Shown: piece by piece, positions 9,060 to 17,828 of the stretch
Numbering within the stretch: the stretch's first letter is position 1
Layout: every line of letters begins with the position of its first letter
From: an uncultured bacterium
GTDB taxonomy: Bacteria; Desulfobacterota_D; UBA1144; Nemesobacterales; UBA2774
Assembly (NCBI GenBank): GCA_963825135.1
Contig: CAWGRW010000009.1
Location: 2,208,001-2,272,000 of the forward strand
DNA length: 64,000 bases
Direction: 5' to 3'
Notes under the pieces: generated by a model
The model's database searches: none
What the model was told of the DNA's origin: nothing
Seen by the model: only the letters and a program-made list of their open reading frames with translations
Program-made: the position numbers and the translations under genes

Positions 9060-9374
9060 CTACTCCGTAAGTCCAGGTACGCCGTTATCTCCATGACAAA
9101 TCGGACAGCTCGCAAGCCCTTCCTGCACGGTAAATTCGCGTATATCCTCGAGCAGCAGGACCCCTAGACCGGAACGGTCCTCCTGGTGTATCACCTCGAG
9201 CGGGTGACACGCGAAACAATCTTCCCTCCCCCATCCGTCGGGATGTTCTTCCTCTGTCAGTTTAATCCCCTCGACCCCGTCAAAGATGTTCCCCCAGTCC
9301 TGCCCCTTGTCATCCTCGCTGACGCACGAGGCGAGTAGGAATATAAGCAATATCAACAGGACGAGCTTTTTCAT
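9060..9374 (-). CDS. Small diheme c-type cytochrome lipoprotein
   Basis: Lipobox LASC; CFACH and CPICH. Confidence 0.85.
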   Translation of the reverse strand: MKKLVLLILLIFLLASCVSEDDKGQDWGNIFDGVEGIKLTEEEHPDGWGREDCFACHPLEVIHQEDRSGLGVLLLEDIREFTVQEGLASCPICHGDNGVPGLTE

Positions 9375-9396
9375 GTCGTGTTTGTCCTTGCATTTA

Positions 9397-11647
9397 TTAC
9401 ATATCGGGACGGTTTATGCGTTCTGCCGGCGAGAGCGGAGGCAGGTGCACTTCCGCGGCGCCGAGCGGGTCGCCCGCGGCATGGCAGTTTATGCATGCTG
9501 ACTCCGGCTGCGGCCCTCCCAGGTGGTTTTCGCCCGTGAGCGCGTCGCCCGCTGCATTCACGACCACGTCGTCGTGACACGAAGTACATACCGTGATTAC
9601 GGGCTGGGTCGAGAATGTTTCAAGGACGTCGTTCTCCTCGCCTACCTTCGTGAACTTCCTGTTCACGGTCGCGAGTATCCCCGGGCCCAGAATGCCCGTT
9701 CCGGGATTGAGTATGTTCGTATTGGGCAGATGACATGCCCTGCAGTCGTTCGTCGCCCCCGGGTAAAGGACGTCGCTGAAGTCGTTGAAGCTGCCCCTGA
9801 AACCGTATATCACGTAGGGTGTTACAGACAGGTTTTCGCCGGTGTGTATCTTGTGAATCATCTCCCTGAAGTCTATCGACGTCGTTGTGGGCGTCATGCT
9901 TCCCGTCCAGTCGGGTACGGGTCTGGTCGATATATCGTCGTCAGACGGGTTATGGCAGAGCACGCAGTATTCGGTGTTATTGCGCAGGTTGCCGTGGACG
10001 CTGAAGTCCTCGGAGAATACCCCGTGACAGGAATTGCAGAATTCGTCCTCCGTTGTATTGTCGACTACGACCCTCCTCGGCACGGGTATGATGTCTGTGA
10101 CCCCGAAGTAGCGGACTACGTTCTTCCCTGCCTCATCCACATCCTCGAACAGGATGAGGTTCTCTCCGCCCACCTTTCTCACGATCCTGCCCTCGATGCC
10201 CACCGCGTATGTTCCTGTGGCGTCATTCGGGATTATTCCCTGGAATGTGTATTTGTAGTTTCCTTCCGCGTCGGGCCCTTCGGCAGCGTCGACAGGCGAC
10301 TCACGGAGGAAGTTGTCCACTCCGGGGGTCTCAACGCCGGTTCCGCTGTAGTCCTGTATGTTGTAATCGGTCGTCGGACCCGCTATCACCAGGCTTATCG
10401 AGTCCATGTCCGCCAGGTTAACTACTGCGCCCGCGTCCGTTTTAAGGCTGAACGTGACTTCCGCGTGGTCGCCCGGGCGAACCCTCTGTTTCCCTGTCTC
10501 GGCGCTCCTCACGTCTACGATTTCGAAGTTCAACCCGGGAGGGTGGAGGCCTTGAGCGGTACGGTGTGGAGCCCGGTTACCGAGATATCGAACTCGGTAT
10601 TCGACTGCGGGATGTGACAACCCGAACAGTTGTTGTCGTTTAACTGTACCGTGGGATGATTTGTGGCCGTGGCGAAGTCGACATTGTCATGGCAGGAGCC
10701 GCATGAAGCCCTCGTCGGGTCGTTCTTGTAGTCATTGGCCTGGGACGCGAGGGATTCGTCGTGGCACTTGGTGCAGTTCCTTATGTCCTGCGGGAATACG
10801 ACGGTCGAGAAGTCGTGAACGGTATCATTGAACCCGGTTATGAAATACGGCATTCCCGCCTCGACGCTCGGAAGCATCTCCCCCATGTGTATCTTATGTA
10901 TCATTATGTTGAATCCGATACTGTTACCCGAATCGGGGTCGATCTGTTCGACCGTCTCTCCGGTTTCCGGGTTAATGATCTTGCTCGAATGGCACGTAAT
11001 ACAGACCCCCACGTCCCTCCTGGCCCCTCCGTGGAGCGCGAGCGGGTCGTGACATGTATTGCACGATTCGGTCGCGACGATGTCCCTCACGGTCTTGACA
11101 GGGCCGCCGTCGGGAACGAAATCGAATGTCGCGTTCGACACGAACGTCTGGCTCCCGATCGTCTTTTCTCCGTATAGCGCTATGGTGTGGGTAAGACTCG
11201 CGTCGTATCCCTGGGGCAGCATTATGGCGTACTTATAATTATAGGTGCCCCCGCCTAGGTCTGTATACTCGCCTTCGTCCTCGGAATCTGCCTGTGTGGC
11301 CCCTTTCTGGTCCCTCGTAATGTAGTCGATGTACTCACCGCTCTCGACTATCCTCGCGATTATGAAGCTTATATCGACGCCGTTCCTGCTTATCGGGTTT
11401 CCGTTTTCATCGGTGAGCTTGATCGTTGCGACAGGATGGTTGTCGTCGCCGATGAATGCGTCGGTTATTTCAATATTCAGCTTGTTGCCTTCAACGGGCG
11501 GCGGCGGTGGCGGCGGGGGAGTTATGCCTCCTCCCCTCCTCCTCCGCATCCTCCATAAACCGAGATTAACAGGAATGGGAAAACGATCAATCGGACAAGA
11601 AAAGAACGGAAAATGCCTTTATCTTGATTATTCATCCTGCCGTTCAT
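9397..11647 (-). CDS. OmcA/MtrC-family decaheme cytochrome lipoprotein, split by two single-base frameshifts (~11535, ~10536)
   Basis: ATG at 11647 with RBS and lipoprotein signal ...ISVYGGC; Gly/Pro linker; 5 hemes (CNTCH, CITCH, CTKCH, CGSCH, CSGCH) plus 5 hemes (CNSCH, CVLCH, CRACH, CTSCH, CINCH); two MIHKIH motifs typical of OmcA/MtrC. Confidence 0.85.
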
Positions 11648-11922
11648 AGTACCCTCTCCTTTAAGAACGACTCTTGTTAAACATTAAATAACATGAAATG
11701 GAATGTTTTATAAGAGTTAATTTTAATGACAAGTGTTTATGGGTCTGGCTATACGGCGCATGGAATTTTACTCCGGCCGGTGCGCTTGAATCACTACCCG
11801 GGCTGAATTATTTATCATGACCGGGAAATGAAAATAGCAGGCTTTATTCTCAAAAACGACACGGCCGTTTCCGGCACAAAATCAGAAAGGGGTTAAGTCC
11901 GCATCCGCCCCGTTTTGTACGC

Positions 11923-11939
11923 TGTCAGATAATCGGACG
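11923..11939. promoter_or_regulatory. TGTC-N9-GAC(G) palindrome
   Basis: TGTCAGATAATCGGACG is 15/17 identical to the site upstream of the cco operon. Confidence 0.55.
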
Positions 11940-11991
11940 AAGTCGCCACGGACGAAACTCAGATTATCTCATAATGACAGATGGTTATGTT

Positions 11992-12007
11992 TGGCATGAA
12001 AGTTGTA
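11992..12007 (+). promoter_or_regulatory. Variant sigma54 promoter
   Basis: TGGCATGAAAGTTGTA (GT instead of GC at -12), just before ATG 12023. Confidence 0.45.
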
Positions 12008-12022
12008 CTTATCTTTGATATT

Positions 12023-12418
12023 ATGACAAAACGAGCAGAGAGGGTGAAAAGAGAAATCAGGGCTATATTCCGGCCCGACGCGGAGAAACCGGCAAATATA
12101 GCGAAGAGTCATTCATCACTGTACGTTAAAGCCTGCAAGGCGTTCGGGTCTTGGAGGAACGCTCTTGAGGCGTGCGGGATAGATTATGAGAGTTCGAGGA
12201 ACAACAGGAAGTGGACGAGGGAGAAGATCATTGCGGAGATTAAAAGGCTCCGGGTGAAGGGCGAGTGTCTCAGGCCTTCCGTCCTCAGGAAGAGCGGGAT
12301 GACAACGCTCGTTTCCGCGGCCGAATACCATTTCGGTTCATGGAGAAAGGCGGTCGAGTACTCCGGGCTCGATTACTCCTTCGGAAGACGCAAGAAGTGT
12401 ATGCGGCTCTCCGCGTAA
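12023..12418 (+). CDS. Basic protein with two homing-endonuclease-associated-like repeats (FGSW..A) and no nuclease domain
   Basis: KAFGSWRNALEACGID and YHFGSWRKAVEYSGLD repeats; WTREKIIAEI. Confidence 0.7.
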   Translation: MTKRAERVKREIRAIFRPDAEKPANIAKSHSSLYVKACKAFGSWRNALEACGIDYESSRNNRKWTREKIIAEIKRLRVKGECLRPSVLRKSGMTTLVSAAEYHFGSWRKAVEYSGLDYSFGRRKKCMRLSA

Positions 12419-12595
12419 GCGGGGGGCCGGCTGGTAACGGCGGTGGTGATTTTCGGGCATTATTTCCCCAATAAAACATGATATAAGAGTAATTAAAGCT
12501 ATCCCCCTCCAAAGCAGGCGACTTGTCGGTTCGTCTACTCTTTTTTATTTTATATGGTACTATTTCTTGTCCTGTCCAATCCGAAATAAATCAAT

Positions 12596-12674
12596 GGTGG
12601 GTGTAGCTCAGCTTGGTTAGAGCACTGGGTTGTGGCCCCAGAGGTCGCGGGTTCAAGTCCCGTCACTCACCCCA
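12596..12674 (+). tRNA. tRNA-His (GUG)
   Basis: G-1 base, acceptor stem gtgggtg/cactcac, anticodon arm ctggg-ttGTGgc-cccag, T-arm gggttcaagtccc, encoded CCA. Confidence 0.97.
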
Positions 12675-12797
12675 GATTATTAGAAAATTTCAGACAAAAT
12701 CGTCAATCCATGCAATTTGTTTCCACGATGTTGTCATTCCGATATGGATTTCCCACGAGTATTCGAATATAATATCACTATCACTTCTGGAAAGGAA

Positions 12798-13139
12798 CTA
12801 TCTGCGTATCCGTTTAGCCATCTGCTTCATAACATGTAGTGCGAAGTACGGATGTGAATGAACGAGACGCGTGAAACTCTTTTTGTCTATGGGTACTAGC
12901 TGACAATCCGATATAGCAACAGCTGTAGCACTTCTGAGGCCTTCATCAATAAGTGCCATTTCTCCTAAAACATCACCCGGTCCGGCCATTTCAATTACTT
13001 TGTCGCCTATTATGATTTCTACTTCTCCGTTTTTAACGGCGTACATTTTTTCGCCGGGTTCCCCTACCTTGAAGATCACTTGGCCGGCCGGATAGGATTC
13101 AAAATCAGTTGAGTGCCGAAACAAATTTACAGTTTCCAT
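12798..13139 (-). CDS. Stand-alone cyclic-nucleotide-binding domain protein
   Basis: IFKVGEPGEKMY...GEVEI...LGEMALIDEGLRSATAVA; no HTH. Confidence 0.9.
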   Translation of the reverse strand: METVNLFRHSTDFESYPAGQVIFKVGEPGEKMYAVKNGEVEIIIGDKVIEMAGPGDVLGEMALIDEGLRSATAVAISDCQLVPIDKKSFTRLVHSHPYFALHVMKQMAKRIRR

Positions 13140-13399
13140 CTCGAACAACCTCCCATATCTTTGTGATTAGTTAATAGGCTTCTACTAGAGGGCGGTTACT
13201 AGGAAGCAGCAACTTCCTTACATAGCACAACCAAAAAGTATAAGCCAGAAGCGAAATCATACCATACAGATTCCAATTAAGTGTTAAGTTCATGTTAAGG
13301 TTAAGCTCACAAAAATACCCACCTTTTCCACAGACCTGGGATTCGACAGCCAGGACGGATTCTATTACGGGAATATTCAGGTTCAATGAGAGGGGTTTT

Positions 13400-13462
13400 A
13401 TGAAATGGATATTACTTATCTCGGTATTGCTCCTCCTTGGCTGCGCTGGGAAGAACGGTTAA
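13400..13462 (+). pseudogene. Lipoprotein signal-peptide stub (20 aa)
   Basis: RBS gagagggg then MKWILLISVLLLLGCAGKNG*. Confidence 0.45.
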
Positions 13463-13940
13463 GATAGCGAATCTAATACTACGTCACGGACATATCAACC
13501 CGTCCCGAAAAATACCCCCCTGTCCGGATGGTTGTTCGAACAAAAACAAACCTGGTACTTAATTCGTACTTACTTCGTACCTTTATTCGCACAGAATATC
13601 TAATAATTACGACTTAATTCGTTTTATTCGTACCTTGTAATCCCAATAACCCAAAGTCATAATTGGTTGACTACACTTTATAGCAAGTTCTGGAGTAATG
13701 GTATATGATAAAAACAACAGAGAGGAAGGCCGCCTGAATGATTTTTACACACCAATTGAAAAGACCTCATTACAAATTTAGGTTACGCGCAATTTGTATC
13801 CTGAAATTTAATCGACCCATCCCGGCTTGAACTCGATCCGACGGTTATGATACGATAGCAGCAAGTCGGGGTATTACTTTTGTGCGTACTCGTTATTTAT
13901 TTAAAATCCAGGGAACCGAGCAGTCAAACGACCTACTTTA

Positions 13941-14807
13941 ATGACAAGTAACTGTTTCATTCCAGCTGTCATACTAGTTTTCCTTTTCTTGCCGTCAACT
14001 GGTCTGAGTACGGCAGAAGAGAATCCCTGCTCCGAACCCTGCTACCCCGGCGTTATATCCCCTCCCGGTAAACCTGAGACCGAATGGGAGAAAGCCAATT
14101 GGGACAAAATATTAAAAGGACGAGAAATCGCTCTCAACACATACGAACTCTTGGGGCCTGAGTTCGTCGTCGCCAAGCTGCACTGCGGAAGCTGTCATCT
14201 GAACGCCGGCGGCAACCCCGACGCTGCTTGGTTCGTGAATATGGAGGAGAAATATAAAACGAAGATAAGGCTGCAGGAGAGAATAAATAGGTGCTTTGAC
14301 CGAAGCATGAACGGGACCCCCGTATGCGACAGTGAGAACGGAGAGTGCAATGATAATCCCGTCATGGAAAGCCTAATATCATACATGGAATGGATCACCA
14401 GCCGGTGGCGGAAGGAGGGCTTGCCCCCCTCGCCGGAAGACTTCCCGCAGATAGCAGCTCTCGAAAGAAACCCGGAAAGGGGGAGAATGACGTACATTCA
14501 AAAGTGCAGCTTCTGTCATAATGCCGATGCCCGGGGCATATACGAGGGCGGAAAATATATACGCCCCGCGCTCGTGGGACCGAACTCATTCAATGCCTGT
14601 GCCGGGATGGCAGAGCTTAAAAAATTCACCCGATTTATAAAAGCCAACATGCCTTACGGAAGCGGAGGCTCGCTTACGGACCAAGAAGCGTGGGACATAG
14701 CGACTTTTATCGACGGCGAGTGCCGCCCCGGAAAGGGGAAAGACCGGAACGGAAATATTTGCTCCGAGAGCAGAATGTGCAAAAACGGAAAGCCTCTGAA
14801 CGAATAA
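13941..14807 (+). CDS. TsdA-like diheme cytochrome c (thiosulfate dehydrogenase family)
   Basis: Signal peptide; CGSCH; RINRCFDRSMNG (Cys heme-ligand motif of TsdA); CSFCH; GAGMA-like CAGMA; ANMPYG. Confidence 0.72.
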   Translation: MTSNCFIPAVILVFLFLPSTGLSTAEENPCSEPCYPGVISPPGKPETEWEKANWDKILKGREIALNTYELLGPEFVVAKLHCGSCHLNAGGNPDAAWFVNMEEKYKTKIRLQERINRCFDRSMNGTPVCDSENGECNDNPVMESLISYMEWITSRWRKEGLPPSPEDFPQIAALERNPERGRMTYIQKCSFCHNADARGIYEGGKYIRPALVGPNSFNACAGMAELKKFTRFIKANMPYGSGGSLTDQEAWDIATFIDGECRPGKGKDRNGNICSESRMCKNGKPLNE

Positions 14808-15092
14808 TCAATCCTGCGACGCGCTCAATCGCAGATCATTATCGAGCCGAGAGCGATGCAAGCCGTAGTTATCAACTGCTATCCGCCCGATTAACCTATT
14901 ACCTGTGTTCAGACCGGGAACTTCATTACCTGCAATTAATTCGACCGGTACGCTTTTTATTTGCACACTTATCGCGTTTGTCCCGCTTTTTTTGAGTGTA
15001 ACCTGCTGTAATCATTCAACTGCCCCGCATGCCGCGTTTTTTTTACGCGGAAAACTAAAAAATGTAATGATTTAAATGTACTCGGGGTTGCT

Positions 15093-15132
15093 GCCCCGGA
15101 GGTCGCGGGTTCAAGTCCCGTCACTCACCCCA
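15093..15132 (+). repeat. att-like copy of the tRNA-His 3' end (copy 1)
   Basis: Matches tRNA 12635-12674 except one A>G. Confidence 0.93.
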
Positions 15133-15228
15133 TTTATACCCAAATACTTGGCGTCCGCAGCTGCCCCATTTGGTCAAGCTATGAAATACTGAGGACGTGC
15201 CGTTTGCTTCCCGAAAGCGAACCTTGGA

Positions 15229-15591
15229 TCAGTGGAGGACTGCTACCGATTGAGTATCAGTATTAAGTTCCGGCATATTCAAGCATCTTTTCTGGCATCT
15301 CACCTTGTCTTTGAATGCGGAACATTTCAGAACGTCATCGTAAGTTCTATATGTAAAAATACTCGGTCGAAACTTCGCTTCCACTGTCATCTTTCTAAAC
15401 GGACAGAAAAACGACTTCATTGCGGACCTATGGGACAAGCTGCGATCTTCTTCTAGTAAGTAAAAAGACACAGCAACTAGCAAAACAAAAGCAAGAATAA
15501 AAGCAAATGGAACAAACAAAAAACTTAGTAGAAATAAAATACTCGCGATGACGCCCGCTATAATTGAAATAACTATATTGAATTTACCCAT
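15229..15591 (-). CDS. Small membrane protein with a Cys-containing C-terminal domain
   Basis: Two N-terminal TM helices, then FFCPF...CSAF...CQKRC; RBS ggggg before ATG 15591. Confidence 0.75.
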   Translation of the reverse strand: MGKFNIVISIIAGVIASILFLLSFLFVPFAFILAFVLLVAVSFYLLEEDRSLSHRSAMKSFFCPFRKMTVEAKFRPSIFTYRTYDDVLKCSAFKDKVRCQKRCLNMPELNTDTQSVAVLH

Positions 15592-15633
15592 GATATTCAC
15601 CCCCTTTCAATGTTATTTCATAGTTATTTGAGT

Positions 15634-15649
15634 TGCATAATTTATGCCA
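15634..15649 (-). promoter_or_regulatory. sigma54 -24/-12 promoter
   Basis: Minus strand TGGCATAAATTATGCA (GG-N10-GC). Confidence 0.65.
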
Positions 15650-15718
15650 GTTTTCTTATTGCCATTTCGCCTATAAGGACTAACAAATTTTTAGGGATGA
15701 TTTGAGATTTCCCCAAAT

Positions 15719-15735
15719 TGTCTGAACTTCTGACA
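15719..15735. promoter_or_regulatory. TGTC-N9-GACA palindrome
   Basis: TGTCTGAACTTCTGACA, 69 bp upstream of the sigma54 promoter. Confidence 0.6.
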
Positions 15736-15764
15736 CATTCCGATATTTTTAGAATGCGGGAGAT

Positions 15765-15806
15765 TGGCCCCGGAGGTCGCGGGTTCAAGTCCCGTCACTC
15801 ACCCCA
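15765..15806 (+). repeat. att-like copy of the tRNA-His 3' end (copy 2)
   Basis: Matches tRNA 12633-12674 with the same A>G as copy 1. Confidence 0.93.
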
Positions 15807-15968
15807 TGGATTTCCTAATAATTACAATATAGAACAATTCACCTGAAGGTCCGGCAAAATAAATAATGGAATGGGCCGCATTAGTGGTAGTATTATTAGT
15901 ATTGTATGTTGCTAATAGATTTAACTAATCGATTACATTAAAAATCGGACGTGAAGGGGGGAATTAAA

Positions 15969-16310
15969 ATGAAGCGTTCATTCTACCCGCTGTTCATATT
16001 TCTGATTACGGGGATATTTGCAGTATTCCTTACAATAAACGCGGTGAATGCCAAGCCTATGCCGAATCCGACTCCCAAGCCCGTTGAGGGGACAACGGTC
16101 AAAAGCGGCAAGTCGAACTCCAGTGACCGCGAGATGCAGCCGACGCCTGCCCCCCTCCAGACTCCCGCGCCCGTTGAGGGGACGTCGGTCAAAAGCAGCA
16201 AATCGAACACCAGCGATCGTCAAATACAACCGACCCCTGCTCCTGTCCAGACTCCGGTACCCGCCGAGGGGACGACGGTCAAAAGCGGCAAGTCGAACTC
16301 AAGCGAGTGA
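15969..16310 (+). CDS. Secreted protein with three 30-aa-period repeats (EGTTVKSGKSNSSD)
   Basis: Signal peptide ending AVNA; 90-bp nucleotide periodicity starting near 16080, 16170 and 16260. Confidence 0.8.
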   Translation: MKRSFYPLFIFLITGIFAVFLTINAVNAKPMPNPTPKPVEGTTVKSGKSNSSDREMQPTPAPLQTPAPVEGTSVKSSKSNTSDRQIQPTPAPVQTPVPAEGTTVKSGKSNSSE

Positions 16311-16535
16311 CTTCGTGCAGGCGGTCCGTCCATCTATCCATCACTATGATTGGTTATCGGAATGTTGCAAGACAGTTCGGATATTATTCCGGGGCTCGGC
16401 TATCGTTTTCCGCAGGCCTGTAAACATGAGCTATTCTGAACTTAAAAGAATGCAGAATTCCTGAAGACCGCGGGGACTCGATTAATTCTTATTCGGGGAT
16501 ATACCGGGCTGTTGTAATTATTGTAAAAAGAAGGG

Positions 16536-16565
16536 AAAGTGCGCCGAATCGCTTCAGCGCACTTT
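16536..16565 (-). terminator. Putative intrinsic terminator of the cold-shock gene
   Basis: aaagtgcgc...gcgcacttt hairpin followed by a T-rich tract on the minus strand. Confidence 0.55.
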
Positions 16566-16577
16566 GATATTCGATCC

Positions 16578-16787
16578 TTAGGCTAGAACTACGTTCTGAG
16601 CTTGTGGGCCTTTTTGTCCATCGACGACTGTAAACTCTACTCTCTGTCCTTCTTCGAGAGAACGGTAGCCGGTAGCGCTTATTTCGCTGAAGTGAACGAA
16701 TACATCTTTTTCACCGTCGAGCTCTATGAAGCCGAAGCCTTTCGCAGAATTGAACCACTTAACTAAGCCAATTTTACGTTCTGACAT
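16578..16787 (-). CDS. cspA: Cold-shock protein
   Basis: [30 protein letters not shown]. Confidence 0.95.
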   Translation of the reverse strand: MSERKIGLVKWFNSAKGFGFIELDGEKDVFVHFSEISATGYRSLEEGQRVEFTVVDGQKGPQAQNVVLA

Positions 16788-16990
16788 GTCGGATTAACCT
16801 CCTTTGTATTATTGGGTTGTGCTAGTGGTTCAAAATCAAGTTCAGATTGGTATCTCAATTTAGACTAGAACTACTGCAAACTCTGAAATTAATATAGCAT
16901 AAAATTATAATATTGTCAATTGAGCATTAAAATTTATCAAATTTAAGCTTTTTCCGGTTCTACCGGATAATACTGTATTCTACATCACTC

Positions 16991-17827
16991 ATGGACATAC
17001 TGGAATTTTCCTCACTCGTCTTCCTCGGGTCTCTCTTTGCGGGATTCCTCGGCGCAGCGACGGGACTCGGTGGAGGGGTAGTGATAGTGCCGCTCCTGGT
17101 GATCGGCTTCGGAGTCGATATACGCTACGCCATGGGCGCTTCACTCGTGTCCGTGATCGCGACGTCCTCGGCCGCCGCGTCGGCATATGTTAAAGAGGGG
17201 TTCAGCAACTTACGCGTCGGGATGTTTCTGGAAATCGCCACCACCATAGGTGCGGTCGCGGGCGCGGCTGTCGCGACCAGCATCTCTCCTTCTGCAATCG
17301 CGGTAGTCTTCGGTCTCGTGCTTATCTATTCGTCCTATCAATCCGGCTTCTCCCGTCACAAAGATGCCGCGCCCGGCAAACCCGACAGGCTCGCGACGCG
17401 TCTCAGGATGAATTCAGAGTACCCGACGCCGGAAGGGGCGGAAAAATATTATGTCAGGGCAGTACCCGGCGGGTTCGGAGTAATGTTTATAGCGGGCGCC
17501 CTTTCGGGGCTTCTGGGCATAGGCTCGGGAGCGCTTAAAGTGATAGCCATGGATCAGGTCATGCGCCTGCCTTTCAAGGTATCTACGACTACGAGCAACT
17601 TCATGATAGGCGTTACCGCTGCGGCGAGCGCCGGGGTATTTCTTAACCGCGGGTATGTTGACCCCGGCCTCTCCATGCCCGTAATGCTGGGCGTGCTCTT
17701 CGGCTCCCTCCTCGGAACACATTTCTTGTTGAAGGTATCGACCCGCATCCTCCGCATCGTGTTCGCGGTAGTTATATTTGCACTGGCTATAGAGATGCTC
17801 TATAAGGGGCTCACAGGTGGGTTTTGA
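16991..17827 (+). CDS. TauE/SafE family (sulfite exporter-like) permease
   Basis: Duplicated GLGGG / GLLGIGSG motifs; multiple TM helices. Confidence 0.88.
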   Translation: MDILEFSSLVFLGSLFAGFLGAATGLGGGVVIVPLLVIGFGVDIRYAMGASLVSVIATSSAAASAYVKEGFSNLRVGMFLEIATTIGAVAGAAVATSISPSAIAVVFGLVLIYSSYQSGFSRHKDAAPGKPDRLATRLRMNSEYPTPEGAEKYYVRAVPGGFGVMFIAGALSGLLGIGSGALKVIAMDQVMRLPFKVSTTTSNFMIGVTAAASAGVFLNRGYVDPGLSMPVMLGVLFGSLLGTHFLLKVSTRILRIVFAVVIFALAIEMLYKGLTGGF

Positions 17828-17828
17828 T

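Larger units (their letters stand above)
12675..15132. mobile_element. tRNA-His-anchored islet 1 (no integrase)
   Basis: Bounded by the tRNA 3' end and a 40-bp copy of it; AT-richer than the flanks. Confidence 0.7.
15133..15806. mobile_element. tRNA-His-anchored islet 2 (single gene, no integrase)
   Basis: Lies between the two tRNA 3'-end copies; AT-rich. Confidence 0.65.

Noticed and set aside
11650..11920. sigma54 promoter or FNR box for the cytochrome conduit operon
   Set aside because: I found no correctly spaced GG-N10-GC on the minus strand and no TTGAT-N4-ATCAA, so the operon is not claimed as a regulon member.
12613..12861. 82-aa ORF
   Set aside because: It overlaps tRNA-His; spurious.
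15081..15806. Additional tRNA genes at 15093 and 15765
   Set aside because: Only the 3' half is present; there is no D-arm or 5' acceptor strand.
16070..16310. Possible CRISPR or non-coding tandem repeat (90-bp period)
   Set aside because: The repeats are in frame inside a signal-peptide ORF and vary mostly at codon level.
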